Shown: positions 39,317 through 49,397 of the stretch, piece after piece
Layout of the letters: every line of letters begins with the position of its first letter
Position numbering within the stretch: the stretch's first letter is position 1
Source of the DNA: Opitutales bacterium
GTDB taxonomy: Bacteria > Verrucomicrobiota > Verrucomicrobiia > Opitutales > UBA953
Assembly (NCBI GenBank): GCA_040398005.1
Contig: JBBAUX010000005.1
Location: 22,554-86,553 of the forward strand
DNA length: 64,000 nucleotides
Reading direction: 5' to 3'
Translations under genes and position numbers: made by a program
The notes under the pieces: model-generated
Seen by the model: the letters and a program-made list of their open reading frames with translations, nothing else
What the model was told of the DNA's origin: nothing
Databases searched by the model: none

Positions 39317-40936
39317 TTAGTCGACACTTTTTTGTCTTCGTCGTCCAATATAGGCGAAGGCAAAAAATAGTCCGCCTATCGCTACCGCCCAATTGCCATG
39401 CTGAACCCAAAAGGTTTCAGGCCGATGTTTTTGAGTGAATAGCGGGCCGACCACGGCTTGTCCTGCAAAATAGATACTCTCGTTTTGAGTCATCGCCTTG
39501 GCTTGTCCAAAGCGGTTGATGGTTCCACTCCAGCCTGCATTGCCGCATCGAATCACGGGTAGTCCAGTTGAGGCTGCTAAAAGTATAGAATGGGCGTTGT
39601 GTTGATAGGCACCCGCTTCGCGACCGTACCAAGCATCGTTCGTTATCACCACGAGGAGGTTCGCCCCGGCGAGTGCATGCTCGCGCGCGAGTTCAGGGAA
39701 AACATCTTCGTAGCAGATGAGTGCTCCCGCGATGGCGGTTTGTCCTTTGCGATTGGTGATTGGAAATAAATTCGGACCACGCCCCGCCACACAGTCTTCG
39801 CTGATCGGGACAACTTTTCTGAGTGGTAGAATAGTCGCAAACGGTACGTATTCACCGAAGGGCACCAAGTGGCGTTTAGAATAAATCGGTCGCTGTAATC
39901 CTTCCGTCGTAATCACGGCGACGCTGTTGGTGTAACCGGTTTTTTCTTTATCGATTGTCCCAATGATGAGAGGCGTTTCGGTTTTAATAGCTAATCGCGT
40001 GAGTAAATTGATGTACGGCTGACTGGCTAAGGAGATGGGCAGGGCGGCTTCGGGCCATAAAATAAAATCAGGACGTTCACCTTTGGCGTTGGGCTGACTG
40101 GCCGTCAAGGTGAGCGATTCAATTTTTTCGATGTGATCTTGTAGTCGGACTGAATCCCATTTCGCATTGGGATCAAAATCGGTTTGTACCACTCCAACGG
40201 TGAAAGGAATTAAATCAGCGCGTGAGACTAAACTTTCACCGCAGGCGATGAACCCAAACACCACAGGTGATAAACAAAGATAAAGTTCTGGCGTGAGACG
40301 ACTGAACCAGCCTAAAGGATTAACGGCTCTCAGGTTAGATTGCGTGGTAACTTTAAGTCGAAATATCCAACTGGCGAATCCGAGATTGATGAGAACAAGA
40401 AGGGCGGAAAGACCGTAAGGTCCGACCCATGCACACAGATTGAGTAACACGGCATTGCCTTCTTGGCTGGCTGAAAGTGGAAGCCAACCGAAGCCCGTTA
40501 AAAATATTGAGCGAACCCATTCGAGCAATCCCCAGGCACCTGCTAAACCAATCAGATAGAGCAGACGAATGGGAAGTGAGGCATTTTCAGTCGCAGGAAA
40601 AATCCAACGTAAGGCAATCAACCATAAAAATAAATACAGGGCGCAGTAGGCGGTCAGTAGCACTAAGCCGATATAACCCAGAGGCGGGTAGACGTGTCGT
40701 AGCCAGATGAGAAGTCCTATCCAAAGAATCCAACTGACGCCCCAGGCTGCTTGTCGCCAAATCTTCCAAGGTATTTTCTGTGTTGTTGCAAGAATCGCCG
40801 GGATCAGGGCGAAGAGGGCGACGAAGGGATGTCCGACGGGGCTAAAAGAAAAAAATAATAACAAGCCGGTTAGGCCTGTTCCCAACCAAGCGATCAGGAC
40901 TGGCGATTTGAAGAGTGCGGGCCGCTCAAGTGTCAT
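39317..40936 (-). CDS. lnt: Apolipoprotein N-acyltransferase
   Basis: EW.RS..LTGFGW, WPEAA, YSKRHLVPFGEYVP, ICYED, TNDAWYG. Confidence 0.96.
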   Translation of the reverse strand: MTLERPALFKSPVLIAWLGTGLTGLLLFFSFSPVGHPFVALFALIPAILATTQKIPWKIWRQAAWGVSWILWIGLLIWLRHVYPPLGYIGLVLLTAYCALYLFLWLIALRWIFPATENASLPIRLLYLIGLAGAWGLLEWVRSIFLTGFGWLPLSASQEGNAVLLNLCAWVGPYGLSALLVLINLGFASWIFRLKVTTQSNLRAVNPLGWFSRLTPELYLCLSPVVFGFIACGESLVSRADLIPFTVGVVQTDFDPNAKWDSVRLQDHIEKIESLTLTASQPNAKGERPDFILWPEAALPISLASQPYINLLTRLAIKTETPLIIGTIDKEKTGYTNSVAVITTEGLQRPIYSKRHLVPFGEYVPFATILPLRKVVPISEDCVAGRGPNLFPITNRKGQTAIAGALICYEDVFPELAREHALAGANLLVVITNDAWYGREAGAYQHNAHSILLAASTGLPVIRCGNAGWSGTINRFGQAKAMTQNESIYFAGQAVVGPLFTQKHRPETFWVQHGNWAVAIGGLFFAFAYIGRRRQKSVD

Positions 40937-43929
40937 TCGGAAACAGGTTCAACAACTTCCCAGCCCTCTTCGCGAACGAGCACCTCGGCTTTTTTCCATT
41001 TCATTTCTTGAACGTCGTCACCTTTGCGAATTTTCACCACGTCATTGCGCCCGATTTTGGGAGTCGCGCGACGGAACGGTTCCGACTTGGTTTGATTGTC
41101 GGAAGTTTGACTTGCGGAATCTTCCTGGGTGCCTGGCTCGGCTGGTCCGGTGGTGATGGCACGGCCTTGGGCTGAGCGCAGTAAAGATTCGAGAGCTTCC
41201 ATCGATGAAGCGGTGCGGAAAAGTCCAGAGCAAACTTCGGAGCGCAGCTGGCGCATTAAATCGGCGAAAGTACGATAGGCTTCTGTTTTATACTCATTTA
41301 AGGGGTCTTTTTGGGCATAGCCACGGAGGCCGACGGCCCGACGGAGTTCGTCCATGTCGGTCAAATGATTCTGCCAATTTTTATCAATCGCCCGAATTAA
41401 AAGATGACGTTCTAAATAATGCAGCGCTTCTTTTGATTCATATTTTTCGCGACTCTCTTGAAGCTCGTTAATTTTCTTCATGATATAAGCGGCTGCTAAA
41501 TCACGATTCAGTGTAAGAATTTCATCAATCGCGATGCGAATGGGGAAGCATTGTGAAAACCAAGAAAGAAAAACTTCAGCACCTTCGCGGTCCGCCATGC
41601 GATGGCTGTCGGGATAAATTAAATTAACCCGCTCTTCGACTTCTTCAGCGATGACTTCGAGGATGTTTTTGCGGGTATTGGCATCGACCAATGAACGATT
41701 TCTTAGACCGTAGATGATTTGACGCTGATAATTAAGCACGTCGTCATACTGTAAGAGACGTTTACGTTGAGAGTAATTCTGACCTTCGACGCGCTTTTGG
41801 GCGGTGCCGATGGAACGATTCAGTAAAGGGTGTTCGAGGGGCTCGCCTTCTTTAAAAGATTTTTCCAAGAGTGATGAAATAATACCCGCGTTCGAGAAGA
41901 GACGCATTAGGTCGTCTTCGAGAGCGATCAAAAATCTGGAACGACCTGGGTCGCCTTGACGGGAGCAACGGCCACGCAATTGACGATCGACGCGACGCGA
42001 TTCGTGACGCTCGGTACCGAGTACGAAGAGTCCGCCGAGTTCTCGCACGCCTTCACCCAGGCGAATATCGGTTCCGCGTCCGGCCATGTTGGTGGCAATA
42101 GTTACCGCGCCTTTTTGGCCGGCCATGGCGATAATATCGGCTTCTTGTTCGTGGTGTTTAGCGTTGAGTACCTTGTGTGGAATTTTTGCATTGGTGAGCA
42201 TTCGACTTAAGGTTTCGGAAGCCTCAACGGAAGCGGTGCCAACGAGGACGGGCTGACCTTTTTGGTGTGATTCGCTAATTTGCTTTATCGAATAGCTATA
42301 TTTTTCCCGACGTGTTTTAAAAACTATATCATTTTCATCGATGCGAATGCAGTTTCGATGGGCGGGGATGGTCACGACCGTGAGACCATAGATTTCATGG
42401 AATTCAGTGGCTTCGGTTTCAGCTGTACCCGTCATGCCCGCCAACTTTTGGTACATGCGGAAATAATTTTGAATGGTGATGGTCGCGTACGTTTTATTTT
42501 CCTTTTCCAGGGCGACCCCTTCTTTGGCTTCGATTGCTTGGTGGAGTCCATCGCTCCATCGTCGACCGGCCATAATGCGTCCCGTATTCTCGTCGACGAT
42601 CATGACCTTGTCTTCTTGGACAACGTAGTGACGGTCTTTTTCGTAGAGGCCGAAAGCTTTGAGTAATTGGCCAATAGCGTGGATATCTTCAGAAACTTGA
42701 ACGTAAGCGGCTTCGGCTTGGGCGCGTAGTTCATTACGTTTTTCTACGGTCAGCGATTCATCTTTATCTAATTCAACGTAGCGCGTCGGTAAATCGGGTA
42801 AAACGAAAGCATCGGGTTCGCCGGGGCGTAAGGTGTCGCGCCCGAGTTGAGTCAGGTCCGATTCATGATTCCGCTCGCTGATGGAGAAGTACAAACGCTC
42901 CTTGAGATAGTAGCGGCGATCTTTTTCGACTTCGCTCGCCAGATTGCCTTCTAAAGATTCGAGTGCTTTTCGCCAGCGACCTACTTCCATCAAGCGGCTG
43001 AATGATTTATTGCGCGGCATCCCGTGGGCGGTCAGCCAGAGTTTATCTAAGGTCTCTTGGGAAGGTTCTTTATTTTCAGGAACTTTTTTTAGTTCAGCTT
43101 CGGCTTCATTGATGATGCGTGTGACCAACTTAGTTTGTAATTCAAAAAGTTTACTGATGGGTTCAACTAAGCGAGGAAAAGCGGGTTCGCGTTCTTCGGT
43201 GGTGGGTCCGGAAATAATCAGCGGGGTGCGCGCTTCATCGATGAGAATCGAGTCGATTTCGTCGACAATACAGAAGTAGTGACCGCGTTGAACTTGTTCT
43301 TTGGCGGCTAAGGCCATGCCGTTGTCACGCAAGTAGTCGAAACCGAATTCCGAAGCGGTACCATAGGTAATATCGCAAGCGTAGGCTTGTTGGCGTTCTT
43401 CGTTGCCCATTTGATTTTGGATACAGCCCACGGTTAGGCCGAGCCAGCGATAGAGGTGGCCGATCCACTCGGAGTCACGTCGCGCCAAGTAATCATTCAC
43501 CGTAATCAGTTGACAGTTTTTACCCGTGAGTGCGTTGAGATAAAGGGGAAGTGAGGCGACTAAAGTTTTCCCTTCGCCGGTGGCCATTTCGGCAATTTTA
43601 TTTTGGTGGAGAGCGATGCCGCCGACTAACTGAACGTCGAAGTGCACCATTTCCCAGTTTAACTCATGTTCGCAGACCATGGCTTGGGTGCCGCAGAGTC
43701 GGCGGGCAGCATTTTTAACGACGGCAAAAGCTTCGGGTAAAAGGGCGTCTAATTTTTCGCCTTTGGCCAAACGCGCTTTAAATTCGGCTGTCTTGGCGCG
43801 GACCTGTTCGTCGGAAAGTTTTTGGTATTCTAATTCCAGAGCATTGATGCGCTTAACGAGGGGGGCGCACTTGCGGAGAAAACTCCGATTGTGGCTACCA
43901 ACAAAGAGTTTGAGGATGCTTTGGAACAT
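40933..43929 (-). CDS. secA: Preprotein translocase ATPase
   Basis: EMATGEGKT, DEIDSILIDEARTPLIISG, GRRWSDGLHQAIEAKE, TNMAGRGTDI, QLRGR; start at ATG 43929. Confidence 0.98.
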   Translation of the reverse strand: MFQSILKLFVGSHNRSFLRKCAPLVKRINALELEYQKLSDEQVRAKTAEFKARLAKGEKLDALLPEAFAVVKNAARRLCGTQAMVCEHELNWEMVHFDVQLVGGIALHQNKIAEMATGEGKTLVASLPLYLNALTGKNCQLITVNDYLARRDSEWIGHLYRWLGLTVGCIQNQMGNEERQQAYACDITYGTASEFGFDYLRDNGMALAAKEQVQRGHYFCIVDEIDSILIDEARTPLIISGPTTEEREPAFPRLVEPISKLFELQTKLVTRIINEAEAELKKVPENKEPSQETLDKLWLTAHGMPRNKSFSRLMEVGRWRKALESLEGNLASEVEKDRRYYLKERLYFSISERNHESDLTQLGRDTLRPGEPDAFVLPDLPTRYVELDKDESLTVEKRNELRAQAEAAYVQVSEDIHAIGQLLKAFGLYEKDRHYVVQEDKVMIVDENTGRIMAGRRWSDGLHQAIEAKEGVALEKENKTYATITIQNYFRMYQKLAGMTGTAETEATEFHEIYGLTVVTIPAHRNCIRIDENDIVFKTRREKYSYSIKQISESHQKGQPVLVGTASVEASETLSRMLTNAKIPHKVLNAKHHEQEADIIAMAGQKGAVTIATNMAGRGTDIRLGEGVRELGGLFVLGTERHESRRVDRQLRGRCSRQGDPGRSRFLIALEDDLMRLFSNAGIISSLLEKSFKEGEPLEHPLLNRSIGTAQKRVEGQNYSQRKRLLQYDDVLNYQRQIIYGLRNRSLVDANTRKNILEVIAEEVEERVNLIYPDSHRMADREGAEVFLSWFSQCFPIRIAIDEILTLNRDLAAAYIMKKINELQESREKYESKEALHYLERHLLIRAIDKNWQNHLTDMDELRRAVGLRGYAQKDPLNEYKTEAYRTFADLMRQLRSEVCSGLFRTASSMEALESLLRSAQGRAITTGPAEPGTQEDSASQTSDNQTKSEPFRRATPKIGRNDVVKIRKGDDVQEMKWKKAEVLVREEGWEVVEPVSE

Positions 43930-44128
43930 AGGTGACCGGAGGCGAAACTTAGCAAACCCTCGGTAGAAAAGGCGAGCCAAAGCCCCCGTAGCTCAAATAA
44001 TAAATGGGGGTAAATAAGCCCAGACTGTGGTGATTTCGGCTAAAAAGCCCGATTTATTGGGCGTTTTGACCCTTTACGGTCCCTCTGGACACCTGGGCTT
44101 TCGGTGGCGTAAGGTCTGCTATCTCCCT

Positions 44129-44899
44129 GTGCTAAAGCTTTTATTTAAGTCATTAACTGTTTTCGCCCTGTTCGTTGGCGGACCAATGAGCGCGGCGGAA
44201 AGTCCCAAGGTGGTTATTTGGAAATTTGATGATGTGCGAGCGGGAGAAAAAGTTCGATTGCTGCCAGGATTTAAAAAAGTGAGCGACTGGGCGGTAAAAA
44301 ATAAAACCGTTATTTCGATGGGCGTGATCTGTGATTCATTGGCCAATCCGAATACTGATGATGTTGCGTGGATAAAGAAAAATGCGATTGAGAATGGTGG
44401 CTGTGTCGAATTTTGGTTACACGCCTGGGATCACAAGAAAATTAAAAAACTCGATGGCACCGATGGCTCCGAATTTAATGGGTCGGATTTAGTAACCCAG
44501 CAAAAGCATTTCAAAGACGCTTGTGATATTTTTAATAAAAATACTCAACTCAGGTTCAACACTTTTGGGGCACCCTATAATCAGAGCGACGAAAATACGG
44601 CGACGGCGATGGATATTTGTCCGAATCTGACGAACTGGTTTTTTGGACCGAAAGATAAGAAGCGCATCGTTTTGGGACGTTCGATTAATATGGAGGTCGC
44701 CACGGGGATGGTGAGTTACGACAAATTCGCGGATGCCTATAAAGCCAAGACACCGGCTAGTCCTCTGGTTTTACAGGGTCACGTCGGCCAGTGGGATGAC
44801 CAATCCTACAAGGATTTTGTTAAAATTGCTGATTTTCTGAGCAAAGAAGGTTGGATTGCAAAAACACCCAGACAATGGGCGGAGTCGCTCAAAAAATAA
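44129..44899 (+). CDS. Secreted polysaccharide deacetylase-like (NodB/DUF2334-type) protein
   Basis: KFDD, HAWDH, SEF, FGAPYN, LQGH motifs; signal peptide if started at GTG 44129. Confidence 0.75.
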   Translation: MLKLLFKSLTVFALFVGGPMSAAESPKVVIWKFDDVRAGEKVRLLPGFKKVSDWAVKNKTVISMGVICDSLANPNTDDVAWIKKNAIENGGCVEFWLHAWDHKKIKKLDGTDGSEFNGSDLVTQQKHFKDACDIFNKNTQLRFNTFGAPYNQSDENTATAMDICPNLTNWFFGPKDKKRIVLGRSINMEVATGMVSYDKFADAYKAKTPASPLVLQGHVGQWDDQSYKDFVKIADFLSKEGWIAKTPRQWAESLKK

Positions 44900-44988
44900 T
44901 TTTGCGGCATCGATGTCAGACCCAAACACGTGAAGCTCGATTTTCTGTCTTGCCGTTACCTCAATCCACTCAAAATTAAAAACTCTTT

Positions 44989-45915
44989 ATGGCTGAAAAC
45001 GTATTAATTTTAGGAACGGGATGTGCGGGTTTAACCGCCGCAATTTATGCTGCCCGTGCAGGGTTAAGTCCACTGGTTCTCGAGGGTGGTCAGCCCGGCG
45101 GTCAATTGACCACGACTTCCGAGGTCGAAAATTTTCCAGGTTTTGTGCACGGGGTGGATGGTAATGAATTAATTACTAATATGAAAGCTCAGGCGGAACG
45201 CTTCGGTGCACGTTTTGCTTGGGATCGCATCGAGAGGGTAGATTTTTCTGGAGCCACCAAAAAACTCGTCGGCGGAGAAGCGACCTACGAAGCTAAGGCA
45301 GTTATCATAGCTACGGGTGCCTCACCTCGCCTCATGGGTATCCCTGGTGAGAAAGAGTACTACGGCGGTAATGGAGTGACCACCTGTGCTACCTGTGATG
45401 GTGCGTTTTATCGCAACGTACCGGTTGTCGTGGTGGGTGGTGGTGACACGGCTTGTGAAGAAGCTTTATTCTTAACCCGTTTTGCCTCCAAAGTAATTTT
45501 AGTTCATCGTCGTGATAAATTCCGTGCTTCTGAAATCATGGTACAGCGCGTGAAGTCTCACGAAAAAATCGAACTCGCCCTTAATTGCACACCGCTTGAA
45601 ATTTTAGGGGGCGCAGATGGTAAAGTGCACACCATTAAAGTGAAAGAGGCGGACGGGAAAACCCGTGAAATCCCCTGTAAGTGTGTGTTTATTGCCATCG
45701 GACACATTCCTAATTCTCAACCCTTTACTCCTGCCTTAAAGGTTGATGATAACGGTTACCTTATCGCTGAAGCCAATACCGTGAATACTCAAGTCCCTGG
45801 TGTTTTCGTGGCGGGTGATTGTTCGGATCACGTTTATCGTCAAGCCATCACCGCGGCGGGTATGGGTTGTCGGGCCGCGATTGAGGCTGAACGTTGGTTG
45901 TCGGAGCACGCTTGA
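44989..45915 (+). CDS. trxB: Thioredoxin reductase
   Basis: [47 protein letters not shown]. Confidence 0.97.
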   Translation: MAENVLILGTGCAGLTAAIYAARAGLSPLVLEGGQPGGQLTTTSEVENFPGFVHGVDGNELITNMKAQAERFGARFAWDRIERVDFSGATKKLVGGEATYEAKAVIIATGASPRLMGIPGEKEYYGGNGVTTCATCDGAFYRNVPVVVVGGGDTACEEALFLTRFASKVILVHRRDKFRASEIMVQRVKSHEKIELALNCTPLEILGGADGKVHTIKVKEADGKTREIPCKCVFIAIGHIPNSQPFTPALKVDDNGYLIAEANTVNTQVPGVFVAGDCSDHVYRQAITAAGMGCRAAIEAERWLSEHA

Positions 45916-45928
45916 TAATTAACCCATA

Positions 45929-45957
45929 AAAAAAGGTGCGGAGTCCGCACCTTTTTT
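45929..45957. terminator. Bidirectional rho-independent terminator between trxB and ilvB
   Basis: AAAAAAGGTGCGG-AGT-CCGCACCTTTTTT. Confidence 0.9.
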
Positions 45958-45976
45958 ATTTCTAAGAGAAGTGTGA

Positions 45977-47785
45977 TTACTTCGTGAGAATTTCCATGGC
46001 CGATTTCTTCTGAGGAATAAACGGCAACACGTGTTCGGTGTAAGGAACAACGACATCGAGTAGGTAAGGGCCATCGTGATCGAGCATTTCGCGAATCGCA
46101 TCGCGAAGCTCTTCGCGCTTCATGACCTGACGTGCTTTAATACCGAAGCCATTAGCAATCTTAACGAAGTCAGGATAGAGTCCGCTTGGATTGTCGGGGC
46201 TACCGATATTGGAAGCATCACCTAATATGGTATGTCCGCGAACGCCGGCGTAGAAGCGATCTTCCCACTGCACCACCATGCCTAAGTGTTGATTATTAAG
46301 GATGAGAATTTTGGCGTTAATCTTTTCAATTTTCATACACGCCAATTCTTGAATATTCATTAAGAATGAGCCGTCGCCGTCGATATCGATGACCTGCTTT
46401 TTGGGGCAAGCTACTTTAGCGCCGATCGCAGCGGGCAGGCCGAAGCCCATCGTTCCAGCGCCTAATGAGCTAATGAAAGTGCGTGGTTTATTGAATTGGT
46501 AGTATTGCGGGGCCCACATTTGGTGTTGGCCCACGCCCGTTGAGATAATCGCTTCACCTTTGGTTTCCTCGTAGAGGGCTTCCACGGCTTCTTGAGGTAA
46601 GATATGCTTTGAGCCCTTGCGATCGTAAGTGAACGGGAAGGGGTGTTCCTTTTTCCAGCCATTGATGGTAGTGTACCACTTTTTGAGATCAGGCTTTTTG
46701 AAATTCTTTTTGGTCAGTGCTGCGAGACGTTTGAGCGCGTGCTTAACGTCGGAGTGAATCGGATAGTCTGCGAATTTATTTTTATGGTGTTCGGAGCGAT
46801 CGATGTCGATGTGGACAATCGTTGCATCAGGAGCAAATTTTTCAATCGCCCCGGTGATACGGTCGTCAAAGCGCGCACCGAGTACGATGAGTAAGTCGCT
46901 CTTACAAACGGCCCAGTTACCCGCAACGGTACCGTGCATGCCGTACCAGTAGAGTGATTGTGGGTGATTGGCTGGGAAAGAACCCAAGCCCATGAGCGTG
47001 GAGGCTACTGGAATGTTAGTCGCTTCCGCGAATTCCATTAACTCTTTGTGAGCGTCGCCCGAAAGAACACCGCCACCGATATAAAGAACTGGCTGTTTGG
47101 CTTTTTCGATTAAGCGAATAATCGTTTCGAATTGGGCGTCGCCAGGCTTAGGCGGAACGGCTAAACCAGGAATCGATACATCGTCGATTGACTTAGGAAA
47201 TACGGGCACAAACTCTACTTGTTGTACGTCCTTAGGAATATCGATTACGACGGGACCTGGGCGACCGGTTGTCGCAATTTTGAAAGCCTTATACATGATC
47301 ATCGGCAACTCTTCGTAATTTAATACGAGGAAGGAGTGCTTCACGATGGGCAGAGTCATGCCATAGAAATCAGTTTCTTGGAAGGCGGCACGTCCGATGA
47401 ATTGTTGGTAAACTTGTCCGGTGATGCAGATTAATGGAATGCTATCCATGTGAGCATCGGCAATCGCGGTAACTAAATTGGTAGCACCTGGGCCTGAGGT
47501 CGCCATACACACGCCAGGTTTGCCCGTGGCGCGAGAGTAACCGTGAGCCATGAATGCTCCGCCTTGTTCGTGACGAGGTAGGATAGTGCGAATTTTTTTG
47601 GAACGGGTGAGGCCTTGATGAAGTTCCATCGAGGCACCACCTGGGTAAGCGAAGATCGTATCGACGCCGAGATTCTCGAGGCAGCGGACCATGACATCAC
47701 AACCGCGCATTTTCACGCCCGTGGTGGCGGAAGAGGTGGATTTTGTTTTAGAGGTCGATTGCTTCGCAGCGTTCTTTTTTGTCAT
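45977..47785 (-). CDS. ilvB: Acetolactate synthase large subunit
   Basis: [40 protein letters not shown]. Confidence 0.96.
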   Translation of the reverse strand: MTKKNAAKQSTSKTKSTSSATTGVKMRGCDVMVRCLENLGVDTIFAYPGGASMELHQGLTRSKKIRTILPRHEQGGAFMAHGYSRATGKPGVCMATSGPGATNLVTAIADAHMDSIPLICITGQVYQQFIGRAAFQETDFYGMTLPIVKHSFLVLNYEELPMIMYKAFKIATTGRPGPVVIDIPKDVQQVEFVPVFPKSIDDVSIPGLAVPPKPGDAQFETIIRLIEKAKQPVLYIGGGVLSGDAHKELMEFAEATNIPVASTLMGLGSFPANHPQSLYWYGMHGTVAGNWAVCKSDLLIVLGARFDDRITGAIEKFAPDATIVHIDIDRSEHHKNKFADYPIHSDVKHALKRLAALTKKNFKKPDLKKWYTTINGWKKEHPFPFTYDRKGSKHILPQEAVEALYEETKGEAIISTGVGQHQMWAPQYYQFNKPRTFISSLGAGTMGFGLPAAIGAKVACPKKQVIDIDGDGSFLMNIQELACMKIEKINAKILILNNQHLGMVVQWEDRFYAGVRGHTILGDASNIGSPDNPSGLYPDFVKIANGFGIKARQVMKREELRDAIREMLDHDGPYLLDVVVPYTEHVLPFIPQKKSAMEILTK

Positions 47786-47930
47786 GGTCGAATGGCGGGA
47801 TGTTTACCGCAGGGAATGGGTTAGAAAAGGTGTGCAAGGCGAAGGGGCAAGTGTGAATAACCTTTGAGGGTTAAAAACATCCAATTTAGGCTAATTAGGT
47901 CGAAATTTGACCCCGTTTTTTGCCTAGAAT

Positions 47931-48737
47931 CTAGTGCTTAATGTGCTTTAAACCGGCGACTGAAATAGGGGAACTCATGCCCGCCTGCAGGTAGGCATGT
48001 CCCGCCACGACAGCTGATTGCAAATCTTTTCCCAGCGCGAGGTGTGCGGTGATGGCTGCGGATAAAGTGCAACCGCTTCCGTGAGTATCGATTTCTTTGA
48101 TGCGCTTTGCCTTCAGCACAAAAGTTTTTCCATCGGGCCAAGCGAGTACATCGATCAGTTCATCGCCTTGCGCATGACCGCCTTTGAGTAAAAAAGGTAC
48201 GCGATAGAGTTGAGCTAGTTCGCGTGCTTCTATTTCGCAGTTCACACCGCCAACGGCAGTTTTACCCAATAAAATCGAGGCTTCATCGAGGTTGGGGGTA
48301 ACTAAGGTGGCTAAGGGTATCAGGTTTTTTTTGACCGCTTTAACGGCATCGGGTGACAAAAGACAGGCACCACTTGAGGCGACCATGACGGGGTCGATCA
48401 CACTAGGAATTTTTGTTGAACTAATTAATCGTGCGACCGCTTCGACGATTTCTGTATTCAGCAACATCCCTGTTTTAAGGGCGCGCGGCTGAAAATGTCG
48501 GATTACTTGCTGGCATTGCTCGATGACAAAGTCTGCTGGCGTAGCTTGAATTCCGCTGACTCCTGTTGGATTTTGAGCAGTTAAACAAGTGATGGCGGTG
48601 GTTCCGTAGACTCCATTCGCCGCAAATGTAAGTAAATCGACCTGTATGCCCGCACCTGCGCCACTATCGGAACCGGCAATAGTGAGTGCCGAAGCTAACG
48701 CATTATATTGGCTGTGATGTTGATTATCGGATTTCAT
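47931..48737 (-). CDS. thiD: Hydroxymethylpyrimidine/phosphomethylpyrimidine kinase
   Basis: LTIAGSDSGAGAGIQ.D, KTGML, DPVM, TPN..EA, KGGH, THGSGCTLS. Confidence 0.95.
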   Translation of the reverse strand: MKSDNQHHSQYNALASALTIAGSDSGAGAGIQVDLLTFAANGVYGTTAITCLTAQNPTGVSGIQATPADFVIEQCQQVIRHFQPRALKTGMLLNTEIVEAVARLISSTKIPSVIDPVMVASSGACLLSPDAVKAVKKNLIPLATLVTPNLDEASILLGKTAVGGVNCEIEARELAQLYRVPFLLKGGHAQGDELIDVLAWPDGKTFVLKAKRIKEIDTHGSGCTLSAAITAHLALGKDLQSAVVAGHAYLQAGMSSPISVAGLKHIKH

Positions 48738-48830
48738 TTTGAGACATAATTAGCCAGCCACCGCATTAAGTATTAATTGTTATTTGCTATTTGTATTATT
48801 TGCAATTTAGAAAGGTAAAAGCACACAAAA

Positions 48831-49196
48831 TTGAGCCCCGATACTAATAGTTCACCCCAACGTCGCTACATCACCTCCGATGCTCAGGCCGCTTTGGAAC
48901 GTTTAGTCGTGGGCCGTGAGTGTAATAATTTTGATACTTTTAGTAGTGCTAGAAAAAGCATGGCTTATCTTATTTTATTAAAATTAGGTTTAATCAGTGC
49001 GACGGTTAAAGATGTTCCCGATCAATCCTACCCCGAGGTGACTATTCTTAGTGTCACCCCGCTGGGACAGAGGACCTACGAGAATCAAATCAACTACAAG
49101 AAAAAGCCTTCCGCCAAGATCCCACAAATTTTAGTAGCATTAACTTTAGTCGGAATTGCCGTGATTATCGCCTTAAAGTTTTTGAAAGTCATTTAA
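48831..49196 (+). CDS. Small hypothetical protein with C-terminal TM helix
   Basis: 121-aa ORF (TTG start) occupying the intergenic gap; hydrophobic tail ILVALTLVGIAVIIAL. Confidence 0.55.
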   Translation: MSPDTNSSPQRRYITSDAQAALERLVVGRECNNFDTFSSARKSMAYLILLKLGLISATVKDVPDQSYPEVTILSVTPLGQRTYENQINYKKKPSAKIPQILVALTLVGIAVIIALKFLKVI

Positions 49197-49397
49197 GGTT
49201 TGGCCTACCTTCAGTCCTCTTAAACGGTGTATTAAGATTTTCTAATGACCCATCATTTTTTGGTGTTATGAGCGAAGATGAAGGTTTTTTGAGCCCCAAA
49301 TCCGTTGACACCTTCGAGCGCTTTCTTCTTCTTTTAGTTCCCCCAATGTTCATCGGCTTGCCGTTGGACTGTTCATTTTCTCACACCCAACATCCCC

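Noticed and set aside
43982..43996. GCCCCCGTAGCTCAA resembles the 5' end of a tRNA
   Set aside because: No D-loop GG, anticodon arm, GTTCRA T-loop or matching acceptor stem at tRNA spacing follows
47786..47930. Attenuator or leader peptide upstream of ilvB
   Set aside because: No Ile/Leu/Val-rich mini-ORF or terminator-antiterminator pair visible
48738..48830. TPP riboswitch upstream of thiD
   Set aside because: The region is short and AT-rich and lacks the conserved CUGAGA...AUACC core
49343..49367. Small CUUG-loop hairpin in the ppdK leader
   Set aside because: Stem is too short to distinguish from chance without comparative data
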